A program made the translations under genes and the position numbers. The notes under the pieces are model-generated. The model saw nothing but the letters and a program-made list of their open reading frames with translations. It made no database searches and was not told the DNA's origin. From positions 17,651,500-17,715,499 of the forward strand of contig OZ037768.1 in the NCBI GenBank assembly GCA_964035545.1: DNA of 64,000 bases. Direction: 5' to 3'. This document shows positions 53,301 through 64,000 of the stretch, piece after piece; position 1 is the first letter of the stretch, and every line of letters starts with the position of its first letter. The DNA comes from Bugula neritina (Eukaryota > Animalia > Bryozoa).

Positions 53301-54907
53301 AAACCGTCCCGTGTGATAAACGCCGCTTTCTCCTGGGCGTCGGGACTCAGAGGAACTTGCCAATAGCCGCTTAGCAAGTCTAACGTACTGAAGTACTTGC
53401 TGCCGGCTAGGGCGTCCAATGACTCGTCAATACGAGGTAGAGGGTAGGCGTCCTGTATGGTTACGCTATTGAGTTTGCGGTAGTCCACACAGAACCGCCA
53501 ACTGCCGTCTTTCTTCCGGACCAGTACGACTGGCGAGCTCCACGCACTATGGGCGGGCTCTATCAGTCCCCGGTCCAGAAGATCCCGTACTTGTCGGCTA
53601 ACCTCCTTCTCTTTCTCCGGCCCCAACCTGCGGGTGGGCTGCCGGACAGGGACTGTCCCTGCAGTCAGCGGTATTTCGTGTCTGACAATTCCAGTCAGTC
53701 CCACGTCATGCTCCCCGCTGCTGAACACATCACCGTAGTCGCGTAGTAACTTTGCCATAGCTTGGCGTTCCCGGTTACTCGCGCAGCCGCCACTGGCTGT
53801 TTCATATAACTCCCGGAGATGTGTTGGGACTGCCCCTCGTCCCTGAATAGGGTGTCGAGGGAGTGCCTCTGTCGCATCACCCAGCGACGGGCCTACGTCT
53901 CCCTCCTGAACAGAGTGAAAACGGCCCAGCATCGACCCAGCCGGGAGCTTGATAGGCTCGGTAAAGGGGTTGACGCACTGCACTAAGATCTCCCCTTGCT
54001 CAGTTAGCTGATTCAGACTGCTGGCAAGTTGGATCTTTTCGTGCGCGCCTTCGACCACCCCGAGTCCAGAGATCCGGCTACTATTCACCCTGCAGTGAAT
54101 GGTAGCCCGGGAGCGGCCTGGTATGGTACGGTTGCGTACCACTTGCACACCTCCCACTAAAGGGCGGCCGAACTTGTCGACGCAGGCGAGTTCCCGCCCG
54201 GACATCATCATTGCAGATCTGCTAAAATCTATGTGACATCCGTGCCGTTTAAGGAACGGCATCCCGAGGATAGCATCCTCCTTGAGCTGACTGACGATGA
54301 ACGTCTCTTGGATCGTTTGATCGCGGACTCGTCCCGTCAGCTCAATTATACCATAGAAGGGAAGGCACGACCCGTCAGCTAGGGTGCCGTATTCCCCTTC
54401 GTATGCTTCCATCTCGCCCCTGACCCTAGCGCTGAGGGTGTCGAAGAGTTGGCGGCTTAAGAGGTTTGTGGTACAGCCCGAATCAATGAGAAAAGTAACA
54501 GCTTTGCCTTCCAGTTTACCGGGCAAGAAATAGCTGTTCCCATGGGGCTGCACCTGAACTCTCCCTTCAGGCCTTACTCTCGCAGGGAGTACCTCCCTCG
54601 CTTTGGGTCGCGAAGGAGGTCTCTTGGGGCGGTGATAGGTAGGCCTCGGGGGTGCCGAGGCTAGATTCTCAGCTACCTTTGTGTGCTCCCATCCAGATTC
54701 TTGGACTTGTAGCCCTGTGAATCTGTTGTGAAGGGGCATAGAAAAGGCAGCCGCGGGGCGAAGCCCCTTGCTGGTCCGCCGTGGCTGTTGCCACTGTTGG
54801 TTGCCAGTACGTGGTACCCGTCTGGGTGACCTGCGTTTCTTCTTCCCTAGAGGTTTCATCGTCGGCCCGCGGAAGGTGGGAACATCTGCGGGCCGCGGTA
54901 GTTTAAC
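50336..54907 (-). CDS. pol: Gypsy Pol polyprotein (protease, RT, RNase H, integrase)
   Basis: FLIDSG protease; PFGL and YLDD RT; LDTDAS/TDH RNase H; HKQAH...CEIC zinc motif; VAVD/HSDQG/VVER DDE integrase; GPY motif; no internal stops. The start is taken at the frameshift site. Confidence 0.97.
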   Translation of the reverse strand, partial: VKLPRPADVPTFRGPTMKPLGKKKRRSPRRVPRTGNQQWQQPRRTSKGLRPAAAFSMPLHNRFTGLQVQESGWEHTKVAENLASAPPRPTYHRPKRPPSRPKAREVLPARVRPEGRVQVQPHGNSYFLPGKLEGKAVTFLIDSGCTTNLLSRQLFDTLSARVRGEMEAYEGEYGTLADGSCLPFYGIIELTGRVRDQTIQETFIVSQLKEDAILGMPFLKRHGCHIDFSRSAMMMSGRELACVDKFGRPLVGGVQVVRNRTIPGRSRATIHCRVNSSRISGLGVVEGAHEKIQLASSLNQLTEQGEILVQCVNPFTEPIKLPAGSMLGRFHSVQEGDVGPSLGDATEALPRHPIQGRGAVPTHLRELYETASGGCASNRERQAMAKLLRDYGDVFSSGEHDVGLTGIVRHEIPLTAGTVPVRQPTRRLGPEKEKEVSRQVRDLLDRGLIEPAHSAWSSPVVLVRKKDGSWRFCVDYRKLNSVTIQDAYPLPRIDESLDALAGSKYFSTLDLLSGYWQVPLSPDAQEKAAFITRDGLWKWKVLPFGLTSAPATFQRLMEQVLSGLHWKTLLVYLDDVIVISPDFKTHVSRLQEVFERLRGAGLKLKPSKCALLQPEVKYLGHVVGRNGVATDPEKVRAVEDWVTPQDLTGLRAFLGLVGYYRQYIPDFAGIAQPLNRLTAKGVTWQWTPVEQGAFDRLKGCLLTAPILAYPDPTLEYILDTDASDQNVGAVLSQVQEGREVVVAYYSKSLSPAEQNYCTTRKELLAVIKSVKHFRPYLYGRKFRLRTDHASLIWLCRRAEPSSQVARWLEILAEFSYRIEHRPGKRHSNADGLSRRPDGGCKQCLNIERRDGGPPRCELETLAHHGAPFDWDQGQLRQRVDESPEDVQNLRANPVLAGNVRELKKLQEELPGVVADIYRAKREGRRPSEERIRQGCAEFRLYCQRWDSLRIGQDGLLTISLAASGRHPERKRVVCPTAIRRELIWDTHKQAHAGVKRVISKLRLRWYWPQMERDVRLRVKQCEICQASKHSRPPGEAGRRRLYAGRPWQVVAVDLVGPMPLTPRGNNWILVLTDHFTRWADALAIPDASAPTVARALDQHVFCYFGLPEQIHSDQGAQFQSQLMSDLCHLWGVNQSRTTPYHPQGNGVVERNNRMLGDALRSLLLGRGQEEWDTVLPQVMRAYRSTPHTSTGETPNLLMLGRETRVPDHLTYHVPEQDNSVHEYASELVERMKAAHEILRQQQWKVRHEDSDEPPLYQRGDKVWMVNYRRRRGQADKLKPKFVGPYVVVEAMPNHTYKIERSGQVSIQNESCLKPYWASPGGVGEAPPLLEPRRQTTTRGRRRHGPEYEVVIPREENLVREERQLLPTEACPPPPSLIPSLPETEPVPEVQTPTEGGAPSGEQEEVTADGEVETPLEAPTNEPASVSPPLERGQRTRQPPAYLKDFVCDCVKSGTHESLGENRTRKESSKCGSCQHHGNINFCIGGNRNKIHPPGAQSLNHAPQPRCSIFSYADAVRSRRVSKQ

Positions 54908-55809
54908 CCCTGATTTAGGAAGGGACAATATCGGCGGAAATGTCCTTGATTTCCGCACTCCCAGCAAAAACTGACTGTTTCTCCCTGTGGCGGCGCCGAT
55001 GGCCGCATGGGCTCAGGGGCGGTACTCACTGGGTTTTGTGGTGTCAGTGTTGCTATCAGCTTGGCTAGCATGTCCGTCAATTGAGTGACTTTTGATGCCG
55101 TCGCCAACTGGGACACGGCAGCCGCGGCGGGGGTTTCCTCCCCTTGTCCCGCGGCCGTGTCCGCGCGGTCTATCTCCACTTGGCGGGAGCTTCCACGACT
55201 TTTATGCATTTGATTAGCTAGGAGGTAAGCTTCCCCCTCAGTCAGAGCATCTTCAACGGTGGTGACTCCCCTAGCTAGAAACTGGTGGTGGAGACCCAGA
55301 TCGTCGACAGATGCTATGAAAGCGTCGAGGGTGTACCTCTCGCGGTTGACTGGGGGCAAGTCGCTGTACGCGATCTGCGCCAGCTTCATGACCGCGGCGG
55401 CATGCTCCCGCAGCGGGGTGCGGGGATCACGCCGCAACCTCTGCAATCGGGCCCTGGCATCTGTAGCAGAAAGGCCAAAGCGGGCCCGCAGAGAAGCAAA
55501 GATATTATCAATGTCTACGCCCAGCCCATAGGGCTTGGCTTTGTCCATCAATGCCATTCTAAGCTTCAGCAGGGCCACCCTAGGGGGCCACTGAGCGACG
55601 TCCATTACGTCGCTAAACTCTTGGATAAATTGTTCCACCTCCTCTTCACCCGTGAAGGTGGGCGCCTTTAACCTGTAGCGGTCTTCAGCTAGTTCTCGCG
55701 GAACCCTTCGCTCTTCTACTACATGGTTAACAGGCATTGTCTCTACAGCATTGTCTCTACGCTCACCTTCGATTGCCGGTGGTTGAGTTCCAGCATTTTC
55801 AGTCTCCAT
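54856..55809 (-). CDS. gag: Gag (317 aa) with CCHC zinc knuckle
   Basis: Follows the PBS; KAPTFTG capsid-like start; CWECGNQGHFRRYC knuckle. Confidence 0.93.
   Translation of the reverse strand: METENAGTQPPAIEGERRDNAVETMPVNHVVEERRVPRELAEDRYRLKAPTFTGEEEVEQFIQEFSDVMDVAQWPPRVALLKLRMALMDKAKPYGLGVDIDNIFASLRARFGLSATDARARLQRLRRDPRTPLREHAAAVMKLAQIAYSDLPPVNRERYTLDAFIASVDDLGLHHQFLARGVTTVEDALTEGEAYLLANQMHKSRGSSRQVEIDRADTAAGQGEETPAAAAVSQLATASKVTQLTDMLAKLIATLTPQNPVSTAPEPMRPSAPPQGETVSFCWECGNQGHFRRYCPFLNQGLNYRGPQMFPPSAGRR
54864..54907 (-). promoter_or_regulatory. Putative -1 ribosomal frameshift signal (G UUA AAC + stem-loop)
   Basis: Gag frame GGG TTA AAC, with pol in the -1 frame; 5 nt later CGGCCCGC...GCGGGCCG forms an 8-bp GC stem. 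Confidence 0.7.
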
Positions 55810-55821
55810 CTTGGATGCACT

Positions 55822-55839
55822 ATCCCACCGCTGCCACCA
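55822..55839 (-). promoter_or_regulatory. Primer-binding site complementary to the tRNA-Leu 3' end
   Basis: Minus strand TGGTGGCAGCGGTGGGAT, 1 nt inside the 5' LTR; complement of ATCCCACCGCTGCCA-CCA, the recalled 3' end of metazoan tRNA-Leu(AAG). Confidence 0.85.
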
Positions 55840-55840
55840 C

Positions 55841-56147
55841 TGTTATAATTTTCAGATTTAGGGTTGATGTGCTATCCAGAGAGTCTATTTATCTACTATA
55901 GAACTGCACCAGGCTAAGTCGAGTGAACGAGTATATTTTATACACAACTAGACATTATAAAAACACGATACATTATTTCCAAACAAGTTACACATCTAAT
56001 CTATTTCACACTCTAGCTTCGACTGAGTTAGCAGCGGGAAACTACAATTGCTGCTAACTATCAACTACGCTAATTGGCTATCCATTGTTCCGGGTCAATT
56101 ACGCGACCCTACATGTCGTGCTGCTGGTAGTTCCACGAACCACCACA
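55841..56147 (-). repeat. 5' LTR (307 bp)
   Basis: TG...CA, adjacent to the PBS; minus-strand GTATAAAA TATA-like box. Confidence 0.97.
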
Positions 56148-56778
56148 CGTGCACTTGAATGATGTTCAAAATTAATCATTTTGATGCCCAGATTAATCAA
56201 ATTTTATGTACACAATCATGCTAATATATTTTTCTATAATGTTTTTCGAAACTTTATAATATCCTTATAATTGACATATGCTTTATATGTTTGGTTATTA
56301 ATCATATTAGTAGTTTAAATAAACAGTTTTGACAGGCAAAAGTTTTACTGCGTTGCATTATTTGCTATTCCTCTTTTAGTAGATATTTTGAATTTTATTA
56401 CCAGGTTATAGCTAGGTCGAAAATTCTTGTTGTTTTAATACATTTAAAATAATATGATATATAGCATGAGGGATTATAAACTGTGAATTGTAATGTATAT
56501 TATCTATAGTTATGCTATAAATGAAAATGCAATAACTGGTTCAGAGGAATTGCAAACTCCAAATTATAATTTCTGGGAATTGGCTGAAAAATGTTAAACT
56601 CGAACAAGAGACAGCATGTTACAAGTTTAGCAGCACCAAATTTTAACTTTAAAACCGTGTCCAATTTAATGACAAGAATGATTGCTTTAGAGTTTGAACC
56701 AATAAAAAATACCACCAAGCAATATATGGTTTCCTTAAAATCCTATTTTTGTTTTACATTTCACTCATGCACACACGG

Positions 56779-56925
56779 GAGAGAGGGAGGGAGGGAGGGG
56801 GAGAGGGAGGGGGGAGGGAGAGAGGGAGGGAGGGAGGGAGGGAGGGAGGGAGGGAGGGAGGGAGGGAGGGAGGGAGGGAGGGAGGGAGGGAGGGAGGGAG
56901 GGAGGGAGGGAGAGAGAGAGAGAGA
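56779..56925. repeat. (GGGA)n/(GA)n polypurine microsatellite
   Basis: Direct reading of the sequence. Confidence 0.95.
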
Positions 56926-57561
56926 TAGCTCAATCTGTGTTTAAGAGCTCAAATAGCCATAGGAGTTGTGAGCTTTTCGGAATGTCAAGCAGCTGGCTAC
57001 CATTACCATGGTTGAAATGTGTTATCACAAAATGTCAATGCTGAGCATTAAGTAAGACTATTCATTATCTTGTTACTTGTACAGATTCTATATATTTATA
57101 AATTGCATTTTTATCTTTATTTATATCATAAGCAAAATACCCTGCATATATGAAAACTTTCTTTAGTACCTGTATTAAATATACATATTAAACTTCTATT
57201 GTTAAGAAATATTATAAGCAAATAATGTTATCTTTGATAAATCAAAAAATATAATGCCCTTGCACAGAAATTACCCTAGTATTACTTCATTATAAAATAA
57301 TAGCTGCGTTATCAGTGGTAACAGCTTGTTAAATTCATTCATTTTCTAAGTTAAACATAATGTTTGCTAAACCTATCAGTTATTTACCACCAACAACAAT
57401 AATTACTCTAGTGGTACTTGAAAACAGATTGGCTGTAGCCACGTAAGCAGTTTGACAGCATCATAGTTTATCCATCAGTTGAAAGTTGGCTGTTGCTCTC
57501 AAGGCATCATAACCAAGCTTACTGTTGTCAGATTTTAAACTGATTCGAGTTGAATAGAAAG

Positions 57562-60085
57562 ATGTATTTTGGATTATTTGCAAGTGTGCTTGCTTGTGCC
57601 GCTTTCTGTGCTCAAGCTACACAGAATGTCAAGTTTCCGAAAGATCAACGGATGGATGTTATGTTCCCTCCAATTATAGAACTGCCACCAAGTCCTGGAT
57701 TGCCATTGGGACATCTTCGCCCTTTAGGTGAGTGTGAAATATACTTCTAGCAATACTTTTAGTTAACTGTTGCTGTTTAAGTTATAGCATCACTGCTGCA
57801 TGGTTCCGTATTATGTTCAACTTTCTTAAAAGATTTTAGGTGCGGGTTGAATGTCTCGCAGGGTTATAACTTTGTGGTTACAGTTTTCATCTAGAGCACG
57901 TAGGCTTTTCAATTCCGTTGTTACTACACTTTCCCTGCCCATTGGATATAAATACCTGACAGGGTACTTTCAGTTTCTGTGTGGTTCTATATAATAGATA
58001 TATGCTTTATATAACACATATATACTATAAACTATGATATGTACTATAAACTATATCTATACTATAAACTATATAAACTATATAAACTATATAAACTATA
58101 TATATATATATATATCTGCTTTAAGTAACACTTATATACTAATTTAAAAAATATTATTTGTTGGTGCTTATGTCCTTGAAATGTCAAATATTTAAAGTAC
58201 CTAGAATATTGCCTGTTTTCAACAAAATATTATAATGATCATTGCTAAAAATGCTTATCAATTAGCATGTGGTCCAACACACAACAGCAGAAGTCTGAAT
58301 GGGGGGTTAGAATCAAGGTTTTAGTCTAAATAAAATTCAATTAAATTAAAGGTCGCCAACAGAGAAGCAGTGGGCAGGTGAGGGTGAATATTAATGAAAC
58401 TTGGAATGCGAAGGAAACACAGGTGTTCAAGAAAATCGTAAATTATGAGTCATTGTTTCATATATGGTCCAAAGAAGACGCCGATTCAGGTGAAAGGTGA
58501 GGTAACTGATCTTTTATTCCATTTTATTAACAATTGTAAATGTGCTTTATGATGCATTACACATTGAATGTTAATTTTCAAACAATGTTTAGATATTATT
58601 TCTTTTTTAGCATGTAATTATTGCAATAATTATGCATATTTTGCACACTACAGTGTTTTAATAAGAAAACGTTCAATAAATGGTGAAACAAAACATGAAG
58701 CTATGAGTTTGGCATCTTTCATCGAAGACTATGGCAGCGAAGAGTGGTTATTAGATCAGGTTGTTCCTGCACAGCTACTGGACAACATAAAGGTATAAAC
58801 TCAACCGATTTAGTCATTGATGAAAATAAAATTATATAATAAAAGATCTAAAAATAAATTGCAGCTTCAATGTAGATTTGAAATAATATTTTAAACACAT
58901 CTCATATCTAGTATTCAACATATAGATTATAGTGTGCTATAAAAATGGCGCAAAAGTATAAACTGTAAATTCTTGTTTAGCTTAAATTTGCACTTTTTTT
59001 GAGTTGCGAGTTTTAAGTTTGATTTATTTCATAGATAGATAACTAACTTTTCATATCTGCTCGAACCAGCACTATTTGAGAAGAAACTGCAACTAAGTTG
59101 TCGAACATTACACACTAGAACTACATATTTATAGTTTATTCTCACCACACCGTAACATCATAATTCTTTTGTATGCAGATTCCTGATGCATTCAAATGCC
59201 TATCAGGAGAATTACTTCACATTTCAAGCTCCTTGACTAGTGGTACTACATCAGATGACATCAAAGTTTCCTCCTTCCCTACACTGCAATGTGTTCTCCA
59301 AGGTAGAAGAGATTACATAATTTTGAGCAAATCACAGACTATCCCTACATCTCCATCGTCCCACCCCCATGTGAGTAGCCAGATACATACCCTTGGCTAC
59401 TGGCAACTTCTCTGTAGTTATTCTATGCTGTTTAAAGTATGTTTCTCTGTTCTCCAGTATAATACTTTTTCAAATGTTATGCTTGAGTTTGGCCGGATAT
59501 CATTGTTCAACTCTCATTACTTAACTTATCTTTTAAGTTTTGTCTTTTTGTAAACTAATAAAACAATAAACTGATTTAGGTTGCATGCAAATGGAAACTA
59601 TTTTGCAAATTAAGTATATTTACTCAAATTTGGCAATCCTAAACTGAGGATAGATTTTATATTGACTTGCTATACAAACCTTTGATTATCTATAGTCTAT
59701 ACTAACTAAATTTGCATAAAAATTCTCTATAGATTTTAAAAATTCGAATGCAAATAAAAGTTATGATTCTAGTAAATATATATTTAGTATTTAAATGTTT
59801 ATTAGTAATCTGAAACATAAACATGTTTATACTGATCATTAATTACAACATATATAACTTTTATGTTATAATTTGTGTGATATTTCTTTGACTTCTCGCT
59901 GTATTATTATAGAACATTTGTGGCCTTGACTCTGTTGTTAACCTCAATCCTGATACAGTCAACGTGTTTGACAATCCTTGGGTCATTCCCCTGGTGTGGC
60001 ATCATGCAAAGCTTATGGCCGGAGATTGCATTCTTCTACCGGCTGGTTAGTTGATTTATAACTATTGGTACATACTACACACACA

Positions 60086-60137
<52 letters not shown>

Positions 60138-62276
60138 CACACGCACACACGCACACACACACACACACACCACATGCGCGCACACCACATGCGCGCACAC
60201 ATACAGTTTCTCTGCTTACACTCATTATTGATCTAATCTAAAGAGTAATATGATTCATGGCTCACTGTTTCAAGTTACTCTGCCCCTCTGCATAGGAAAA
60301 TTAAAATCATCAAATTTTTGCAAAGAATCAAAATATTTTAGGATGCTGGATTAAGTTCACAAATGTTTAATCACTATTGCAACACGCAATTCATGTGTCC
60401 CGTGTCTCGTGTATGTTTTTCTTTCTATCATCAGATACTGCAGCACACACAACATCCTACGGACCAAAATGTGAAACTGTGACATACAGCTGGCACCCTT
60501 CTATTAACTGTAGTAACGAAAACGGTGGTGATGAAACCAGCAAAGTATCCCCATTGCTGTGCGCAAACTCAGAAAATCAGGTAATCTATGAATATATGCT
60601 GAAACATAGGATATGCTTGCCTATTGCAATGGTTGAAATTTTACCCAAATCTAACATTTCCTTTTAGTCATTTTTAAGTTTCACTAGAATATAGTTGCCA
60701 TGCAGAAACTTCTTTTTTATATATTTAAAAACATGATTTAAATTTTAAGTGATCTTCGGAACAATATTTTCATGCTTCAGCAGCTATTAGTGTCAAAAAT
60801 ATATTTTTATATTTTTGACAGCATTGAAAAAGAGGTAAAATTTCTCATAACCCATTTAAACGATAGTATGTGCATACTACTTAGTGTTAACTCATCACAG
60901 TAGAGTATGAAGTGGTTATTCTTGAGACCAAACTACTATGGAGTTATCTCTCTCAATTCTTTTGCCACCCTTGAAACTTCAAGGCACAGTATGATGTTAA
61001 AATATCTAATTCTTATATTTACTATATTCATCAACTACCAGCCTATAATAATAAAGCTTAATCTATACTACACAAACCTTGCTCTAGTCAATTCTCATCA
61101 TCATCATGGCAGTCTGTCAACCCCACAATGACTGTTTTTAATTTGGTTTAATCAAACATCTCCACCGGACTCTATATTTAGCTTTTCTTTGCCATCTCTC
61201 TCTGTTCGTATCTATCTTTTTTTATATTTTACTTTACATTGTCTTTAAATCTCAGCCTCGGCCTTCCTTGGTTACGTTTACCTCCTTTTAGCTGCGAATA
61301 AAGAAGTTGTCTAGGTAAATGGCTACGGTCCATCCTCTCGAGATGTCCTATCCGTCTATTTGACAAGAAAAAATGTAATCTAATAAAGTTAGAAGTTAGG
61401 AGTTAGGAGTTAGCATACTGTGTAGTGGGTTTGCCCTTCAGCTTCTCATTAAGTAGCTGATGCATTTATTTTCACATCTTTGCAGTATATTATTATCAAG
61501 TGTTCTAATTGTTTTGATACTAATAAATGTCAAATTAAAATGTTGGTAGAGACTGGAGTTGTGTGACAAAGGAAGCCCTGAGAAATGGAGGGCGTTATTA
61601 AAGAGCCTGGTTAGCAGCAGTACAGGAGTTCTAAGTAAACAATGCTTTGCAGAGCTGTTCTATGATGCGGTAATATAAATTTTGTATATTTTTTTTGAAC
61701 AATTTCTAGTACTCTGTTGGGTTATGGGATGTTTTCGTAAAGACAAAATGCACTGAGGAACATAGTAGGCTGTCATTGTTTCAGCTGATGGGGCTAATAT
61801 CCTAAAGTTTCTCTTATCAAATGCTGAGTGGTTGTATAAGCTGCATAATTTGTTCCATGTTTTATTTGAAGAAAATGAATTATTTCTGTAATAATTGCTT
61901 GCACCACTACTTTTTTTTATATCTTTGCTTTATCAGTGAAACGATTTGTCAACCCAATTTTATATGTAAGCAGAGAGTATGCTAAATATATACCATTGGT
62001 AGGTGCAAGATTATAACAAAACATAATATTGTAATAGCTTTCATAGCAAACTGATTAGTCTGTTGCTATAAAGAAGAAAATATATTTTTTTCTATAATAG
62101 TTTATATATAAACAATTTCCTTTCAGGAGGAAGGAGAGAGCATGTATGAGCTCTTTGAGACAATTCCAGTGACTGTGGACGCGATATCAGAGCTACCTGA
62201 CACGACCTTACTCAAAATGATTAAATCAGCATACACTAAGACACTGAGTCATTCTCATCAGCATGATGAGCTCTAA
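57562..62276 (+). CDS. ER-luminal JmjC/cupin-like protein with signal peptide and C-terminal HDEL, probably catalytically inactive (~396 aa)
   Basis: Exons 57562-57727, 58352-58496, 58654-58792, 59179-59370, 59913-60045, 60435-60580, 61550-61669, 62127-62276 (1191 nt, phases compatible). Signal peptide MYFGLFASVLACAAFCAQA; GHLRPLG; MSLASFIEDY; LQCVLQGRRDYII; VNVFDNP; AKLMAGDCILLP; ends QHDEL*. Confidence 0.8.
60077..60200. repeat. (GCAC)n/(CA)n microsatellite
   Basis: Direct reading of the sequence. Confidence 0.95.
61096..61350 (-). mobile_element. 5'-truncated RTE-clade LINE fragment
   Basis: Minus strand encodes GHLERMDRSHLPRQLLYSQLKGGKRNQGRPRLRFKDNVK (typical RTE ORF C-terminus), followed by a short 3' UTR and a (TGA)n tail. 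Confidence 0.8.
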
Positions 62277-64000
62277 GTTATATAGCAGTTCTAATGGACA
62301 TAGATGAATTAAAATAGGGAGTTTTTAGCTCTAACTAGGTTCTTAGTATCATATAATTATTAAATTTATATTAATATCACTTGAGGTTTACTTTGTAATG
62401 TTTTACTTAAATCATTTCATGGTATAGCCCAAATCATCAATATTGCATTGATTTAATAATAGAGTTTAAGAATTACTTGGATTTATGCTATTGTTCAAAT
62501 ATAGTTCGATGGTAGACTCTAAAAAGGCACCATAATGTGTGTGCGAGTGTGTCTGTCTGTCTGTCTGTAACCAGAATAAATCAACTAACCATCTGGTAGA
62601 AGAGTGCAATCTCCAGGCATAAACTTTGCATGATGTCACACATATAGGATATATATATATAGGCTATATATTCTAGCAAGGTATGAATACTTTTTACTCT
62701 TATAATAATAACAATGATAACACATTGTTGCAAACTTCTTATATAAATGAGTTATATTCTATGTCATTAAAATTGAAGTAAATAATACAACATATAACTA
62801 TTAATGTTACCATGTAAAAATCATATAACTTAGCTAAAGGCTCTTAACCACATTTACCAGGCATGGTAAGATTTAGGGCCAAAGCAGAAAGTTTTTGACA
62901 CTGTTTACTAGCCAACTGCTAGAACCATTCTAACTTTTAACACTTGTTTTACGTTTAAGTTGATCATTCCACATAACTCCAGTAATGTGGTTGTTTTGCT
63001 GCGAAAACTGTCCGTGAACCAAAGCCGGAAGATTAAGAACTGCAGCTGTTGTACTAGAGAATTAGTCATTGTAGGTTTCTAGCAAATAATTACAGTGGTA
63101 TAATAGTATTGCTATGTGTTAGACAGCTAGTGTCTTGTTTAAATAAAAATATATGCAAAAGATCTGCGAAGTTTTTTTCTGGCCGTTTTGGAATACAGAA
63201 TTTTTTTTCTATAGAGGCAATAATAATACTATGTATATATAGTTGATTTTTTAACTCGGCTTCACACATTGCCATATATCTGTGTTTTAATCTAGCAGCA
63301 TTTTTATCGCTTGAAAGCAAGAAAAAATATTATGTGTTTGATTTCAACTTCTTAGCTTACAATTATTTAATGTGATATCATCATATTTCCATGATAAAAA
63401 GCAGTAGGTATTGAAATTGAAGCAAATTGAAACCTGGATTTGCTGTATATTATAATAGTATACAATATACAATATGTATATGCAATATAATATTATATAA
63501 TAATTATTATTAGTTGGCGTTGCTTGATATCAATAGGAGTTGTAGCCTCTATTTTAAAATATTGACTTTTACCGATTCAAGTAAATACTCGATTAGCCTA
63601 ACATCCTGTTTAGTTCGCTTCCAGGAGCAGTTAGAGATCTGTAAATAAAGAAAATACGTAAACTTTAAGCCTGTCTTGAGGATATATAAACACACTTTGA
63701 AGTTTATATTCAATATTAGTATCATTACAATCAGTCAATGCTGATTGTTAGTTTTTTGTTTTATTTTTATTATTGGTTTGGTTTCTAAATTAATAAATTG
63801 CTATCAAATTGAAATTCGATATAAATTAAAAATAAATCATAATCATTATGATTATCAGTCATAAGAGTATATGTAACATTAACTATGACCTTGTCTATCA
63901 GTATTAGTATGAGTATCGGTATAAGTATAAGTGATTACTTATAATTAATAATTACTTATACTTAGTTACACGTATTGTTAGCTTAATGTCTTCATGCAGA

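Larger units (their letters stand above)
48905..56147 (-). mobile_element. Full-length, apparently intact Ty3/Gypsy LTR retrotransposon (7243 bp)
   Basis: Two 307-bp TG...CA LTRs; 4-bp TSD CGTG (48901-48904, 56148-56151); PBS; PPT; gag; pol (PR-RT-RH-INT); third ORF. Confidence 0.98.

Noticed and set aside
50502-55671. Plus-strand ORFs antisense to gag/pol (up to 175 aa)
   Set aside because: Expected shadow ORFs in GC-rich coding DNA; no recognisable motifs
56591-56944. GGRE-repeat ORF
   Set aside because: Translation of (GGGA)n
60013-60236. CVRA/HART-repeat ORFs
   Set aside because: Translation of (GCAC)n

Overview
AT-rich, intron-containing invertebrate (metazoan) genomic DNA; no prokaryotic features. 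Host genes were reconstructed by hand from GT-AG sites and reading-frame continuity. In order: the 3' part of an UNC80 gene (+); a complete LAMMER/CLK (Doa-type) kinase (+) with the conserved frame-shifting cassette exon and a candidate extra winged-helix-like N-terminal exon; a CUE-like/coiled-coil orphan ORF (+); a SAM/Pointed-only protein closely resembling Drosophila Mae/Edl (+); an NR1-type nuclear receptor lacking helix 12 (-); and a signal-peptide, HDEL-terminated JmjC-fold protein that appears to have lost its iron ligands (+). Between the last two lie an intact, very young Ty3/Gypsy retrotransposon (-; identical 307-bp LTRs, CGTG TSD, tRNA-Leu PBS, gag/pol -1 frameshift signal) and a decayed relative (+). 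Both carry, in the env position, a homologous non-env third ORF (C2H2 finger, basic Ser-Pro linker, coiled coil) that has diverged far more than pol; this is the best candidate for an undescribed system. Several MITEs, an RTE LINE fragment, a ~200-bp-arm foldback and simple repeats are also present. All homology calls come from recalled motifs, not from database searches.
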